Part shown: positions 51,193 through 62,359 of the stretch, piece after piece
How positions within the stretch are numbered: the stretch's first letter is position 1
Layout: every line of letters starts with the position of its first letter
Source: Pseudobacteriovorax sp.
GTDB taxonomy: Bacteria; Bdellovibrionota_B; Oligoflexia; Oligoflexales; Oligoflexaceae
Length of the DNA: 64,000 nt
NCBI GenBank assembly: GCA_050293845.1
Contig: JBNKNM010000010.1
Location: 1-64,000, forward strand
Direction: 5' to 3'
Program-made: the position numbers and the translations under genes
The notes under the pieces: generated by a model
What the model was told of the DNA's origin: nothing
What the model saw: only the letters and a program-made list of their open reading frames with translations
The model's database searches: none

Positions 51193-51889
51193 AAAAAAAA
51201 CGGTAAAAAAAGATTTTACTCCCCCAGGACGAGCTTTTTCATTAAAAAGACGGCAGGCTATGGCTGAGTCTGCTATCTTGCGGCTGAAAAAGCAGATGCC
51301 AGAGCCAAGGTGTGAACTTTACTACCTGACACCTTTCCAGTTGCTGGTTTCTGTTGTCCTGTCAGCGCAAACCACGGATAAGATGGTTAATCGTGTCATG
51401 ACGCCGCTATACGATGACGGTTTTACTGTGGACACTGTTTTAAAAATGGGAGTCACAAAATTCCGTGAAGAAATCCGCACGATAGGTTTAGCCCCCACGA
51501 AAGCGAAAAATGTCTTGGGACTCAGTAAAATCCTTCAGGAACAATACGCAGGTCGTGTCCCCCATACACGCCAAGAGCTGGAAGCTTTACCTGGCGTCGG
51601 AAGAAAAACCGCTAATGTGATTCTAGGAGAGCTATTCCAGCAACCAACCCTAGCTGTCGATACCCATGTATACCGGGTGACCATGAGGCTGGGCCTGCAC
51701 CGCGAATCATCAGTAAACAAAGCGGAAGATCAACTTCTTCAGGTTGTTGACCCTCAGTATCTCCCTGCAGCACATCATTGGTTCATACTCCTGGGACGTT
51801 ACACCTGTAAAGCCATCAATCCTTTATGTTCCACATGTAAATTGATCGATATCTGCCCTAGCTATTCAACACTGGCTAACAAACCTTGA
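51176..51889 (+). CDS. nth: Endonuclease III
   Basis: LSAQTTD, LPGVGRKTAN, VDTHV, C-x6-C-x2-C-x5-C. The start is uncertain (alternative ATG at 51260). Confidence 0.95.
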   Translation: MKSPNRKKTVKKDFTPPGRAFSLKRRQAMAESAILRLKKQMPEPRCELYYLTPFQLLVSVVLSAQTTDKMVNRVMTPLYDDGFTVDTVLKMGVTKFREEIRTIGLAPTKAKNVLGLSKILQEQYAGRVPHTRQELEALPGVGRKTANVILGELFQQPTLAVDTHVYRVTMRLGLHRESSVNKAEDQLLQVVDPQYLPAAHHWFILLGRYTCKAINPLCSTCKLIDICPSYSTLANKP

Positions 51890-51981
51890 ATCTCACTAAT
51901 ATTGTTAATCTTCTGACTACGACGATACTTTCGCACGGCTACTTCTCTTAGATAACTAAGGTGGAAGGATAAGTACTGTGG

Positions 51982-52617
51982 TTAGACTCTGTTACTAAGC
52001 TTCCATGGACCCTTAGGTTTTACAAGAAAGTCTAGACCCCATGATCGCATCTCTTGAAATAAAGCTGTAAGTGGTAAGCCTATGATCGTACTGCTTTCTC
52101 CTACGACCTTCGCAAAAAGGTGGACGCCACGATTTTCAAATTGGTAGCAACCCGCACAACCCCGCCATTCTTCAGTTTCAATATAAGCCTTTATTTGCAT
52201 GAGTGTTAATGGTCTCATCTGCATAGTAGCTGTCTCTGTTCTGGTGATCAGAGTCCTCTTGAGCTCGCCATTTTTGCAGTAAATAAGGGAAAAGGCACTA
52301 TGGAGATAGTGAGTTTTACCAGAAAAAAGCCGTAGTCTTTCGACAGCTGCTGCTGCAGTTAGAACTTTCCCATAAGATACTCCCTCCTCACATTCCAGGG
52401 TCTGATCAGCAGCGATAATGAGACTGTCCTCCGGCGCGGGAACACCCTGTCCTTTGTATTCAGCGCGGGCTTCTGCTAGCTTCCGGGGCGCTAGTTTACG
52501 TACCTGCATCTCACTATTTTGACTGCCAAGCTGCCGAAAGTTAATTATGCCCGCTTGACGCAATAATTGGGCTCGAAAGGGAGAAGTGGAACCTAAAATC
52601 AATTGATTGATCTTCAT
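51982..52617 (-). CDS. maf: Maf family nucleotide pyrophosphatase (YceF-like)
   Basis: LILGSTSPFR, AADQ, SGKTH, CAG.Y, IIGLP; GAGGAGG RBS. Confidence 0.9.
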   Translation of the reverse strand: MKINQLILGSTSPFRAQLLRQAGIINFRQLGSQNSEMQVRKLAPRKLAEARAEYKGQGVPAPEDSLIIAADQTLECEEGVSYGKVLTAAAAVERLRLFSGKTHYLHSAFSLIYCKNGELKRTLITRTETATMQMRPLTLMQIKAYIETEEWRGCAGCYQFENRGVHLFAKVVGESSTIIGLPLTALFQEMRSWGLDFLVKPKGPWKLSNRV

Positions 52618-52672
52618 GAATGCCTCCTCTAGAATGGGGCTCTTTTTGGGCAAATCGCGCAGTGAGACTTAC

Positions 52673-53854
52673 ATGCCAAAAAAACCAGATCAAAGGTTTA
52701 TACCACCAGAGTTTCTAACCATAGGTAAGGATACGCATAGCATCACTTCCAAGAGTGCACAACGCTTCAATGTTCCAGTGGAAACCTTTGTCAATTGGCG
52801 CTGGCAAATGAAGCATCAAGTCGAAAAAAACCAACAAGCCGCTGCCGTACTTACCCTAAAAAACCAAGAAAGTCATGGTTTTAGTAAGCTTAAAGACTTA
52901 TTTGTCAGCGGAATTACCCCTTATTATACTGGCCTTATGAAGCCGCAGCTCGCTGCCGGAGAAGAATGTCCAGTCCGCTTACAAGCCCTCCCGCGAGTCG
53001 AAGAACTCAACGACTCCCTAGGGGTCATGGACCCGCTTCAAGAGGTTCCCCATTCACCAGTAAGAGAAGTGGTTCATGTTTACCCTGATCGAGTAGCATT
53101 TTGTGTCGCTCAGTTATGCCCGGTATACTGCAGGTACTGCTTCCGCAAGCGACGTGACGATGAAGTGGGATTACATTTTAACCGACAGATTATTGACCGA
53201 GGCATCGACTATATTAGCTCTAATCCCGCCATTAGAGATGTGCTCATTACAGGGGGAGACCCTTTTATCGCTGCTGATGAAGCGATCGAGCAGCTTTTGG
53301 CCCGCATACGCTCCATTCCCCATGTGGATATCATCCGCTTTGGGACACGAACTCCCGTAACCCTCCCCTACCGGGTAACTGAGAGCTTAGCTAAAACTAT
53401 AGCTAAGTATCACCCAGTCTGGCTGAATACTCATTTTAATTGCGCAGAAGAGATTACACCTGAATCTCAGCAAGCCATAGCTAACCTTGTCAACCATGGA
53501 ATCCCCGTTGGTAACCAGGCTGTACTACTCAAAGGAGTTAATGATAGTCCTGAAAAAATGCTAACCCTATGCCGACTACTATTAAAAAGCCGGGTTCGAC
53601 CTTATTATGTATTTCACCCCCATAGCGTTGCTGGTTCGGAGCATTTGCGGGTATCGCTAAAACGAGGGCTTGCCATAATGAAGTCCTTAAGAGGTAATAT
53701 CACTGGCTTTGGTATTCCTACCTATGCATTGGATACACCAAGCGGTAAAATACCGATTCAGCACAACTATATTCTGGGAGAAGATGGTGATGACCTTCTT
53801 CTTGAGACCATAAGAGGAGAGATTTGGCGGGAAAAATCGATTTTGAAACCCTAG
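52673..53854 (+). CDS. KamA family radical SAM aminomutase (lysine 2,3-aminomutase/EpmB-like)
   Basis: NWRWQ, HVYPDR, CPVYCRYCFR, TGGDP, NQAVLLKGVND, GKIP. Confidence 0.9.
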   Translation: MPKKPDQRFIPPEFLTIGKDTHSITSKSAQRFNVPVETFVNWRWQMKHQVEKNQQAAAVLTLKNQESHGFSKLKDLFVSGITPYYTGLMKPQLAAGEECPVRLQALPRVEELNDSLGVMDPLQEVPHSPVREVVHVYPDRVAFCVAQLCPVYCRYCFRKRRDDEVGLHFNRQIIDRGIDYISSNPAIRDVLITGGDPFIAADEAIEQLLARIRSIPHVDIIRFGTRTPVTLPYRVTESLAKTIAKYHPVWLNTHFNCAEEITPESQQAIANLVNHGIPVGNQAVLLKGVNDSPEKMLTLCRLLLKSRVRPYYVFHPHSVAGSEHLRVSLKRGLAIMKSLRGNITGFGIPTYALDTPSGKIPIQHNYILGEDGDDLLLETIRGEIWREKSILKP

Positions 53855-53899
53855 CCCAAAATTTCTCGTATCCATTAGCATTCTGGCAAATTTCTAAAA

Positions 53900-54808
53900 T
53901 TAATTTTTAGAATTCATGGCCGTAAGCATGTTACGTTCCGGAGAAGAAGCGATGGTAATACTCGGACCACGCAGAAATTTCACCCGGTCCCCGTACCTAA
54001 GACGGATCACACCCCGCTCCCCATCTAAAGCAAGAATGCCATTAGCACAGTGGTTTTCCAGCTCTAGGATCTCCTGTTCCCCATCAAAATTGCCATGGTT
54101 AATAGAAAGTATCCCAGGTCCCGACTGATACAATTCGCGAACTACAAATTGAAAGTTAGGATCCAAGGGTTCTTTTTTCTCTCCACCTGCGGCACTGATC
54201 GCTGCAGTACTTCCCGTTGCCGTGGCCACCCAGATTCCACTAGACTTTTGCTCCTCAGACTTACCACCAAAGAAAATCCTATAGCGTGTGGTGGCTGCTG
54301 GATTGGCATTGGTGTAAAGGAAATCATTCAGAACGGGAAATGTCATGATCTCCGTACGATCTTCTGCCTTAAAAATCTTAGCTTTTATCCGAGCCCGGGA
54401 ATGAAACGGTAACTGCCCTGCGGCATAAGCAGCCAGAATCCATTCGACTCGATCGATACCCCCCGCACAGAGATACCCAACACTCGAATCTGAGGAACGA
54501 ATTCCAATAACCGGCGTGTCGCCTTCGATGGAGTGTGATGACGAAAGCAGAGTACCATCGCCACCCACACTAATGATGGCGTGAAATTTTCCAGAAGGTC
54601 GCATATCACCGCGTTTGATTTCCACGGCTGCAATGGAAAGGCTCTTTAAAGATTTGCGCACTTTTTCCAAACATCGATAGTGCTCACCATGGGAACTACG
54701 TAGCAGTTCATAGTGCGAGTCGCCAAGCCCTCCCGTTTCCACCTGGCGCCTCACGACCTCTCCATGCTGCTCTAAATTCGTTGGTTTTCTGATAACCAGA
54801 ACTGTCAT
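53900..54808 (-). CDS. nadK: NAD(+)/NADH kinase
   Basis: GGDGT, LND, TATGSTA, LDG. Confidence 0.88.
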   Translation of the reverse strand: MTVLVIRKPTNLEQHGEVVRRQVETGGLGDSHYELLRSSHGEHYRCLEKVRKSLKSLSIAAVEIKRGDMRPSGKFHAIISVGGDGTLLSSSHSIEGDTPVIGIRSSDSSVGYLCAGGIDRVEWILAAYAAGQLPFHSRARIKAKIFKAEDRTEIMTFPVLNDFLYTNANPAATTRYRIFFGGKSEEQKSSGIWVATATGSTAAISAAGGEKKEPLDPNFQFVVRELYQSGPGILSINHGNFDGEQEILELENHCANGILALDGERGVIRLRYGDRVKFLRGPSITIASSPERNMLTAMNSKN

Positions 54809-54829
54809 GCCACTCCCTGTTCCAATTAA

Positions 54830-56434
54830 TTAAGAGCCCGAGCCTTGCCGGCTTTTTATTATGGCATCGTACTGAACAAATTCATTGTTTTTGAAAACGC
54901 GACCTTCCGTTTCATAGCGTTTTTTTACATCGTTCAGCAAACGGTTATAGGTCCAAAATGCCTCAAAAGCCTGCTGACGATCCAAGGGATTCTCAGGGGC
55001 GGCAGCAATTTTTGTGGCATCAGCTTCGCTGCGATTTTTAAGCTGCAAAATGTAGAAATTGCCATTGGCCTCGATAAGATTTTCTACAACTTGTCCTTTT
55101 TCCTTCAATCCTAACACGGCTTGACGCATTTTTGCATCAGCACCCAAGCCCCCTGGAAGAAAACGGGCATTGAGGGCAAAATCACCGGTCTCTTTCCATG
55201 ACAAATTGTTGAGTTTTAAAAGCTCTGTTGTATCTTGCTTTGCGATGACTGCTGCCAACAGCTTTTCAGCCGTCGCTCGGGCCAGCTCCGGACGTTTTTC
55301 CTGGGCTGCTAGTTTCTTAGCGATTTCAGCTTTTGCAGATTCTAAGCTAATGGAAACCTTTGGCTTCCTGTCTTCAGCTTTAATAATATGAAAACCGAAC
55401 TTTGTCTCAACAACCTCGCTGATTTGTCCTTTACTCAAGGTGAAGGCTGCTTCGCTAAAAGGAGCAACCATATCGCCATCTTTCTTAATGTAACCGAGGT
55501 CCCCCCCTTTAGTTTTGCCACTAGGTTCGTCGGTATATTTCTTAACAATGGACTCAAAGTCTGATGGTTTAGCTTGGGCCTCAGCTTTGACTTTTTCGGC
55601 AAGAGCACGAGCGTCTTCTTTACTGCGCTTCAATCCTTCTCCTGTGGCCCGCGCTGCCCCCTTGAAAGCAATAAGAGCATGTCGAACACGCATAGTTTCA
55701 GGACGGTTATACTCTTTGTTATTGCGAGTGTAATAATTCTTAACCTTTTCTTCCCCACCATCTTTCAAAAATTGAGCCACTTCCTCATCAGAGATGCTGA
55801 CAGGAATTTTCCCTGGTTCAACAGCCACGAATTCTACATTAAGCTTTGTCTCACTCAGGATCTTATCCAGTTTTGCTGACTCTTTAGAATTACGATAGGT
55901 TGCCGTTAAAAAGCCCCGTAATTTCTGATTTGCTATACTGCGTTTGAGTTCTTCGGAAAAACTGGCTTCACTATATTGCTGTTGTCTCAGGTATCGCTTG
56001 AACAGGTCTGCGTCAAATTTACCATTATCATTCTGGAAGTATTTCCCTTCGATAATAGCATCTTCGACTTCCGCTGTGGATGCACCTATTCCATTTTGTA
56101 TTGATTCTTGATAGTAAATTTCCTGGTCGACAAGGCTATTAACAACAGCCTGGGAGATTCCTAGCTTAGCCGCATCAAAGTCTCCCTTGTGCTGGCGCTG
56201 CGCTTGCTGAACCCGTTGAATATGGGCACGTTTAAACTGAAGAACGGTTATATCTTCACCGTTTACAGAAGCAGCCGCCCCTGAAGGTAGGATAGAGTTT
56301 CTTCCTGACGGACTACAAACCCCAAAAAAGGTCATAGCTAAAACAGCCAACCCGAGAATGACATATGCCGGTGCATTCCTAGATAATTTTCTACTATCTA
56401 GATCCGTAATTTCCTTCCCTTTCCAGCTAAACAT
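54830..56434 (-). CDS. PpiD/SurA-like membrane-anchored peptidyl-prolyl isomerase chaperone
   Basis: TM anchor, SurA N-domain (ASVNGEDI), parvulin motifs VRHALI, GGDLG, FSEAAF, TKFGFHII. Confidence 0.9.
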   Translation of the reverse strand: MFSWKGKEITDLDSRKLSRNAPAYVILGLAVLAMTFFGVCSPSGRNSILPSGAAASVNGEDITVLQFKRAHIQRVQQAQRQHKGDFDAAKLGISQAVVNSLVDQEIYYQESIQNGIGASTAEVEDAIIEGKYFQNDNGKFDADLFKRYLRQQQYSEASFSEELKRSIANQKLRGFLTATYRNSKESAKLDKILSETKLNVEFVAVEPGKIPVSISDEEVAQFLKDGGEEKVKNYYTRNNKEYNRPETMRVRHALIAFKGAARATGEGLKRSKEDARALAEKVKAEAQAKPSDFESIVKKYTDEPSGKTKGGDLGYIKKDGDMVAPFSEAAFTLSKGQISEVVETKFGFHIIKAEDRKPKVSISLESAKAEIAKKLAAQEKRPELARATAEKLLAAVIAKQDTTELLKLNNLSWKETGDFALNARFLPGGLGADAKMRQAVLGLKEKGQVVENLIEANGNFYILQLKNRSEADATKIAAAPENPLDRQQAFEAFWTYNRLLNDVKKRYETEGRVFKNNEFVQYDAIIKSRQGSGS

Positions 56435-56756
56435 TCAAGTTCCTTTCCCAACATTGATACCGAGCAAATTGCTAAGTTATGATTTTTATATGGATCGCCC
56501 CCTTTTTCACAAGGAGTGCAAATTCAAGAGAATATGTGTAGCACAATTCTTGCCTGTAATATAGATCCTAAAGCTCACTTATTATATTAGGTAAGTCAAC
56601 AATGTTTTCATCTAAATCACACTGTCATATGCTGATTGTACAAAAAAAGCATGGCAACAAGTTCAAGAGCATGAGCAGTACGGAAAAAAAACAAACTCTT
56701 TGTTTGGACGCAACTCCGGTTCGTGGTTTAATATAAAAGCAGGCAAATGTAATTAA

Positions 56757-57806
<1,050 letters not shown>

Positions 57807-57862
57807 TTTTGCTACGACCTTGGCTTTCTTAGACGTCTTAAATTGACTCACTAGGGTTCCCT

Positions 57863-58744
57863 ATGAATCATCGCTCGCGTATCTTCTGGCGGACAGTTTT
57901 GATATCATCATTGCTTTCGCCTTTTGTTTTTTTTGCTTCGAGTATGCAACCTTGGAACTCAAGTAGTACCATAGGGTTGCTGTTCCAAGAACTTGTGTAC
58001 CCTTTTGAATACACCTGGGATATCAGTTGTGAATTTGTAAAGAATACCTGGGGCCACTATATCTCATTAAGTGACACGGCTAAGGAGAATACCCAGTTAC
58101 ACTCAGAACTCACTGTGCTTAAAACAAAGCTTCTCGACTATGAAGAGAAAGTACAGGAAATCTCGCGCCTCAGGAAACTATTGGGTTTTGTCCAGCACTA
58201 CGAGCAAAATCATATTGTGGCTGAAGTTATTGGATCAAGTTATAACACTTCTTTTCGCGCCCTTAGGATAAATAAAGGTCTTTGGGATGGTGTTAAGGTA
58301 GGCATGCCGGTGGTCACAGCAGGTGGGGTTGTCGGTCGTATCATCCGGACAGGTAAAAAGTTTGCGGATGTTCATATCCTGGTAGATTCGAATTTTAACA
58401 TCGATATCTTACTGCAACGAAGCCGAATCAGAGGAGTCTTAAAAGGATTTGGAAATTATTCTATCCTGACCCTAAATCGTCGCGCAGAGATTAGAATCGG
58501 TGATACGGTGATAACGTCGGGGATCATAGGTGGATTTCCCAAGGGACTCGCTGTTGGTCGCGTTGTTAAGATCAGCTATGAATCAGATCACATTTCCCAA
58601 TCAATCAAAGTAGAGCCTTGGGTTGACTTCGATCGGGTCGAGGAGCTTGTCGTTCTGGAAACCCAGGACCCTGAAATCCAAAAAATAATTGAAAGTGCGG
58701 GAAAGGATTGGTTTAAGGAACAAATTGGTAATGGGAAGGGTTAG
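57863..58744 (+). CDS. mreC: Rod shape-determining protein MreC
   Basis: TM helix, coiled coil RLRKLL, INKG..DGV..GMPV, GD.VITSG...FPKG; synteny. Confidence 0.95.
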   Translation: MNHRSRIFWRTVLISSLLSPFVFFASSMQPWNSSSTIGLLFQELVYPFEYTWDISCEFVKNTWGHYISLSDTAKENTQLHSELTVLKTKLLDYEEKVQEISRLRKLLGFVQHYEQNHIVAEVIGSSYNTSFRALRINKGLWDGVKVGMPVVTAGGVVGRIIRTGKKFADVHILVDSNFNIDILLQRSRIRGVLKGFGNYSILTLNRRAEIRIGDTVITSGIIGGFPKGLAVGRVVKISYESDHISQSIKVEPWVDFDRVEELVVLETQDPEIQKIIESAGKDWFKEQIGNGKG

Positions 58745-58747
58745 GCA

Positions 58748-59317
58748 TTGGCCAGACAGCATCAACATAAAACCTATTCTCGTCTGCTACTTATTTTGAG
58801 GGAACTACGACCACGTCCCAATACAGGATTTCTGTATAAAGATATTTTATTTCTACTTATCATCTCGTTTTTACAGAATACAATTTTGCCAACATTTCTC
58901 GTCCTTGACTTTACTATCGATCTCATTACGCCTTGGCTAGTGATTACCGCTGTACGTCAACGCTTTCCTCAGGTGACTTTACTCACATTTGTGGCTACTC
59001 TGACTATCGAAATGCGAAACACAGTTCCTGCTGGGATGTATATCGTTACCTACTGGATAGCCATCAACATCATCATGCAAGTGCGAGCGGCTCTGTCTTG
59101 GCGACATAAAGTACCTTGGCTGGTCACAAATCTAATAACAGCTATTTGGGTGCATCTTTTCGAAGCCTTTGTCTTACTTCTTGCTCGTGGAACAGAACCG
59201 CTATCATGGCTTTTTTGGAGCCATCAAACCTTCAAGATCTTTACAGCTACTGTTTTTGGCGCCATACTTTGCCGGGAATGGCTGAGAATTGATGCAGAGG
59301 AGCCCGTCCCAAAATGA
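58748..59317 (+). CDS. mreD: Divergent MreD-like membrane protein
   Basis: About 5 TM helices, located between mreC and mrdA. The call rests mainly on synteny. Confidence 0.65.
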   Translation: MARQHQHKTYSRLLLILRELRPRPNTGFLYKDILFLLIISFLQNTILPTFLVLDFTIDLITPWLVITAVRQRFPQVTLLTFVATLTIEMRNTVPAGMYIVTYWIAINIIMQVRAALSWRHKVPWLVTNLITAIWVHLFEAFVLLLARGTEPLSWLFWSHQTFKIFTATVFGAILCREWLRIDAEEPVPK

Positions 59318-61227
59318 AGCGCATCTTTAATCAAGAAAGCATTCTGGTTGAAAACCGGTTTCTATGGGCAAGTCTTGTTGTATTTGTCATCAGCGGGGCC
59401 CTTTTATTCCGGTTATGGTTTTTACAAATATACCGTGGCGAGTACTATCAAAGGGTTTCCGAACGTAATCGTGTCAGACGCATCGAGATTCCAGCTCCAC
59501 GTGGTATCATTTACGATCGTCATGGGGATGTTGTACTTGGTAATCGCCCTTTTTTCGATTTGGTCTATATTCCTCAGTATGTGAAAGATAATGATACCAC
59601 TTTCAAAATACTATCTCGCCTCCTTCATGTGCCAGCAAGTAGTTTCAAAAAACGACTCAGGGTTAACTTTGGCCGCCCTAAATTTCTGCCGATCAGTTTA
59701 AAACGCAATCTGTCACAGCATGAGGTTTCCACCATTGAAGCCAATAAAGTCTTCCTTCCTGGAATCGAGGTACGCGTCGCACCACGTCGGGATTATAAAG
59801 CAGATGTATCTGCTCATATGGTAGGTTACTTGCGCGAAATCGATCCTCGCTCCCTGAAGAAATACAATAAGCAAAATGAGGATAACCCTTACCTCCCTGG
59901 AGACCTCATCGGTAAACAGGGTTTGGAGTCCAAATGGGAAAAATACCTAAGAGGCAAGCGTGGGTACCGCTTGATCCAAGTTGATGCCTATGGACGGCAA
60001 ACCCAGAGTTCCGAAAAAGACTGGAACTTTCCCAGTGTTGCTGCGATCCCAGGCTCGGACTTGGTGCTGACGATTGATGCTGAGTTACAGAAGTTTGTAA
60101 AGAAGACTTTTAATGGCAAGTACGGAGCTATCGTCGTACTCAATCCTAGAACAGGTGAAATACTAGCCCAAGTGAGCGAGCCTGGATTTGATCCGGAAAT
60201 GATGCAGACCGGCCTGTCCCAGGAAGATTGGCGCCGTTTAACTTCCAACCAGTTTAAGCCATTCCTGGATAAAACCACAGGAGGAGAATTCCCTCCTGGT
60301 AGTATCTATAAACCGATTATCGCTATGGCAGCGCTGGAAGAAAAAAATATAACACCGTCCACAACTTACAACTGCCCCGGATACTTCGTCCTTGGTGATA
60401 GCGTTTTTCATTGCCATAAACGGGGAGGGCATGGCCTTGTGAATCTCAAAAAAGCTTTGGTCAGCTCTTGCGATGTTTTTTTCTATCATATCGGGGTCGA
60501 TTTAGGGGTCGACCGAATCGCCCGTTATGCCAAAGCATTTGGCCTCGGTGCACGACTCGGGGTCAGATTGAATATGGAGCGTCCAGGACTAGTGCCGACA
60601 TCGGCCTGGAAACAGCTAGTCCACCGTTTCCCATGGACTGCTGGCGATACCCCGAATATTTCCATTGGTCAGGGCTATAATCTTATGACCCCCATGCAGA
60701 TGGCCAGCCTTTATGCAACCATTGCCAACGGTGGTACAGTTTGGAAGCCCTATCTAGTTAAAAGTGTTACCAATCATGTTGGTGAAACCGTTTTGGAGCA
60801 ACGTCCTCAACCGTTAAAATCGGTTGGTATCATCTCGCCAAAAAACTTTGAAATTATCCGCAGTATGCTCCATGCTGTGGTAGAAGATCCCAAAGGTACA
60901 GGGAGAAATGCCGCCATTCCTGGCAGAACGGTAGCTGGCAAGACAGGTTCCGCTCAAGTTGTGGGCTTAAAGAAAAACAGAAACCAAGATGATGTAAGTC
61001 GTAAGTGGAAGGAGCATGCAATCTTCACAGCTTTTTCTCCTGTCAAAAACGCTGAAATTGTTATAGCTGTTGTCTCACAAAATGATGTTGTCGGTGGTGG
61101 AGGGCGGACCGCTGCTCCCATTGCAAGGGAGATTATAAGTAAGTACTGGGAACTTAAAGAGAACAGGATAAAGCAAATTGCCATAAAAAATGACAGCAGA
61201 GGTGCAGATGCCCAACAGCAATACTAA
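59314..61227 (+). CDS. mrdA: Penicillin-binding protein 2
   Basis: APRGIIYDR, SxxK (SIYK), SCD, KTG. Confidence 0.96.
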   Translation: MKRIFNQESILVENRFLWASLVVFVISGALLFRLWFLQIYRGEYYQRVSERNRVRRIEIPAPRGIIYDRHGDVVLGNRPFFDLVYIPQYVKDNDTTFKILSRLLHVPASSFKKRLRVNFGRPKFLPISLKRNLSQHEVSTIEANKVFLPGIEVRVAPRRDYKADVSAHMVGYLREIDPRSLKKYNKQNEDNPYLPGDLIGKQGLESKWEKYLRGKRGYRLIQVDAYGRQTQSSEKDWNFPSVAAIPGSDLVLTIDAELQKFVKKTFNGKYGAIVVLNPRTGEILAQVSEPGFDPEMMQTGLSQEDWRRLTSNQFKPFLDKTTGGEFPPGSIYKPIIAMAALEEKNITPSTTYNCPGYFVLGDSVFHCHKRGGHGLVNLKKALVSSCDVFFYHIGVDLGVDRIARYAKAFGLGARLGVRLNMERPGLVPTSAWKQLVHRFPWTAGDTPNISIGQGYNLMTPMQMASLYATIANGGTVWKPYLVKSVTNHVGETVLEQRPQPLKSVGIISPKNFEIIRSMLHAVVEDPKGTGRNAAIPGRTVAGKTGSAQVVGLKKNRNQDDVSRKWKEHAIFTAFSPVKNAEIVIAVVSQNDVVGGGGRTAAPIAREIISKYWELKENRIKQIAIKNDSRGADAQQQY

Positions 61228-62344
61228 GGTTTTCCTAAGGGGGGAAAACTCTGTAAATAAGCATTCTAGTCATCAAGTAAAATTCCTCTTAATCATATTT
61301 TTCAGCCTGATTATTATTGGCCTGATCAACCTTTATAGCGCCAGTGTAGGTGGCCATTATTTTTGGGCCCAGATAAGAAATATGAGCATTACTCTCACTG
61401 CATTTGGTATCTGCGGATGGTTAATACCCATAAAGAAAATAAACTCCTACGCATATTGGATCTACGGCAGCATCTGCGTCATGCTTTTAGTAGTTCTGTT
61501 GCTTGGTCGCATTGCAGGTGGTGCCCAACGCTGGATATCCTTGGGCCCGGTAGGTTTTCAGCCCTCAGAATTTGCCAAGCTAGCCACCTGTATTATCGTG
61601 GCTCGCTTTTTTGCAACCCATAAGAGTGACCTCCCCTACCGTATCAGAGACCTTCTGCCTCTTGTCACTCTTGTAGGTATCATTTTCTCTCTGATATTTT
61701 TGCAGCCCGACTTTGGAACTGCAGGAGTTTGCCTACTGATAGCTTTTTCCCAAATGGCCTTTGTCCGCATCGACTTCCGCAGCATCACCATTGTATTGAT
61801 CTCCTCACCAATTGTCGCCGCTATTGGCTGGCATACTCTACTACGCCCCTATCAAAAATTGAGAATTTTAAACCTTCTCAATCCCAATCTTGATCCACAA
61901 AATACGGGCTATAACTCTCTACAATCCTTAATAGCCGTTGGCAGCGGTAACCTTTTTGGTAAGGGTTATATGCAAGGAACCCAGGCGCAGCTAAAATTTC
62001 TACCAGAACGACATACTGACTTTGTTTTTTCGGTTTTTGCCGAAGAGCATGGCTTCTGGGGTGGTGCCACAATTTTTGCTCTTTTCGCTATGCTTACCTA
62101 TGTAGCTTTAGATATTGCTAAAAATTCAAAAGACACCTTTTCAGGAATGCTTGCTGTTGGTATCGCTTTTTTCATTTTTTGGGAATTTACAATCAATATT
62201 GCAATGGTTCTTGGGGTTTTCCCGATTGTAGGCCTGCCATTGCCGTTTTTTTCTTATGGCAGTTCTTTGCTGCTTACAGTTTGCGTTGGTCTTGGACTTC
62301 TGGTATCCATAAACCGCAATACGTATGGTCTGTCAAAGAATTAA
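61208..62344 (+). CDS. rodA: Rod shape-determining protein RodA
   Basis: GAQRW, QPSEFAK, QPDFGT, PERHTDF, PLPFFSYG. The start is uncertain (61190 or 61208). Confidence 0.95.
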   Translation: MPNSNTKVFLRGENSVNKHSSHQVKFLLIIFFSLIIIGLINLYSASVGGHYFWAQIRNMSITLTAFGICGWLIPIKKINSYAYWIYGSICVMLLVVLLLGRIAGGAQRWISLGPVGFQPSEFAKLATCIIVARFFATHKSDLPYRIRDLLPLVTLVGIIFSLIFLQPDFGTAGVCLLIAFSQMAFVRIDFRSITIVLISSPIVAAIGWHTLLRPYQKLRILNLLNPNLDPQNTGYNSLQSLIAVGSGNLFGKGYMQGTQAQLKFLPERHTDFVFSVFAEEHGFWGGATIFALFAMLTYVALDIAKNSKDTFSGMLAVGIAFFIFWEFTINIAMVLGVFPIVGLPLPFFSYGSSLLLTVCVGLGLLVSINRNTYGLSKN

Positions 62345-62359
62345 CCCCTGGAGGACATC

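Noticed and set aside
56690..56733. c-di-GMP-I riboswitch-like words (CAAAC...GGACGCAA...CCGG) upstream of mreB
   Set aside because: No GNRA-capped stem and no second stem. Better explained as a sigma-70-like promoter region.
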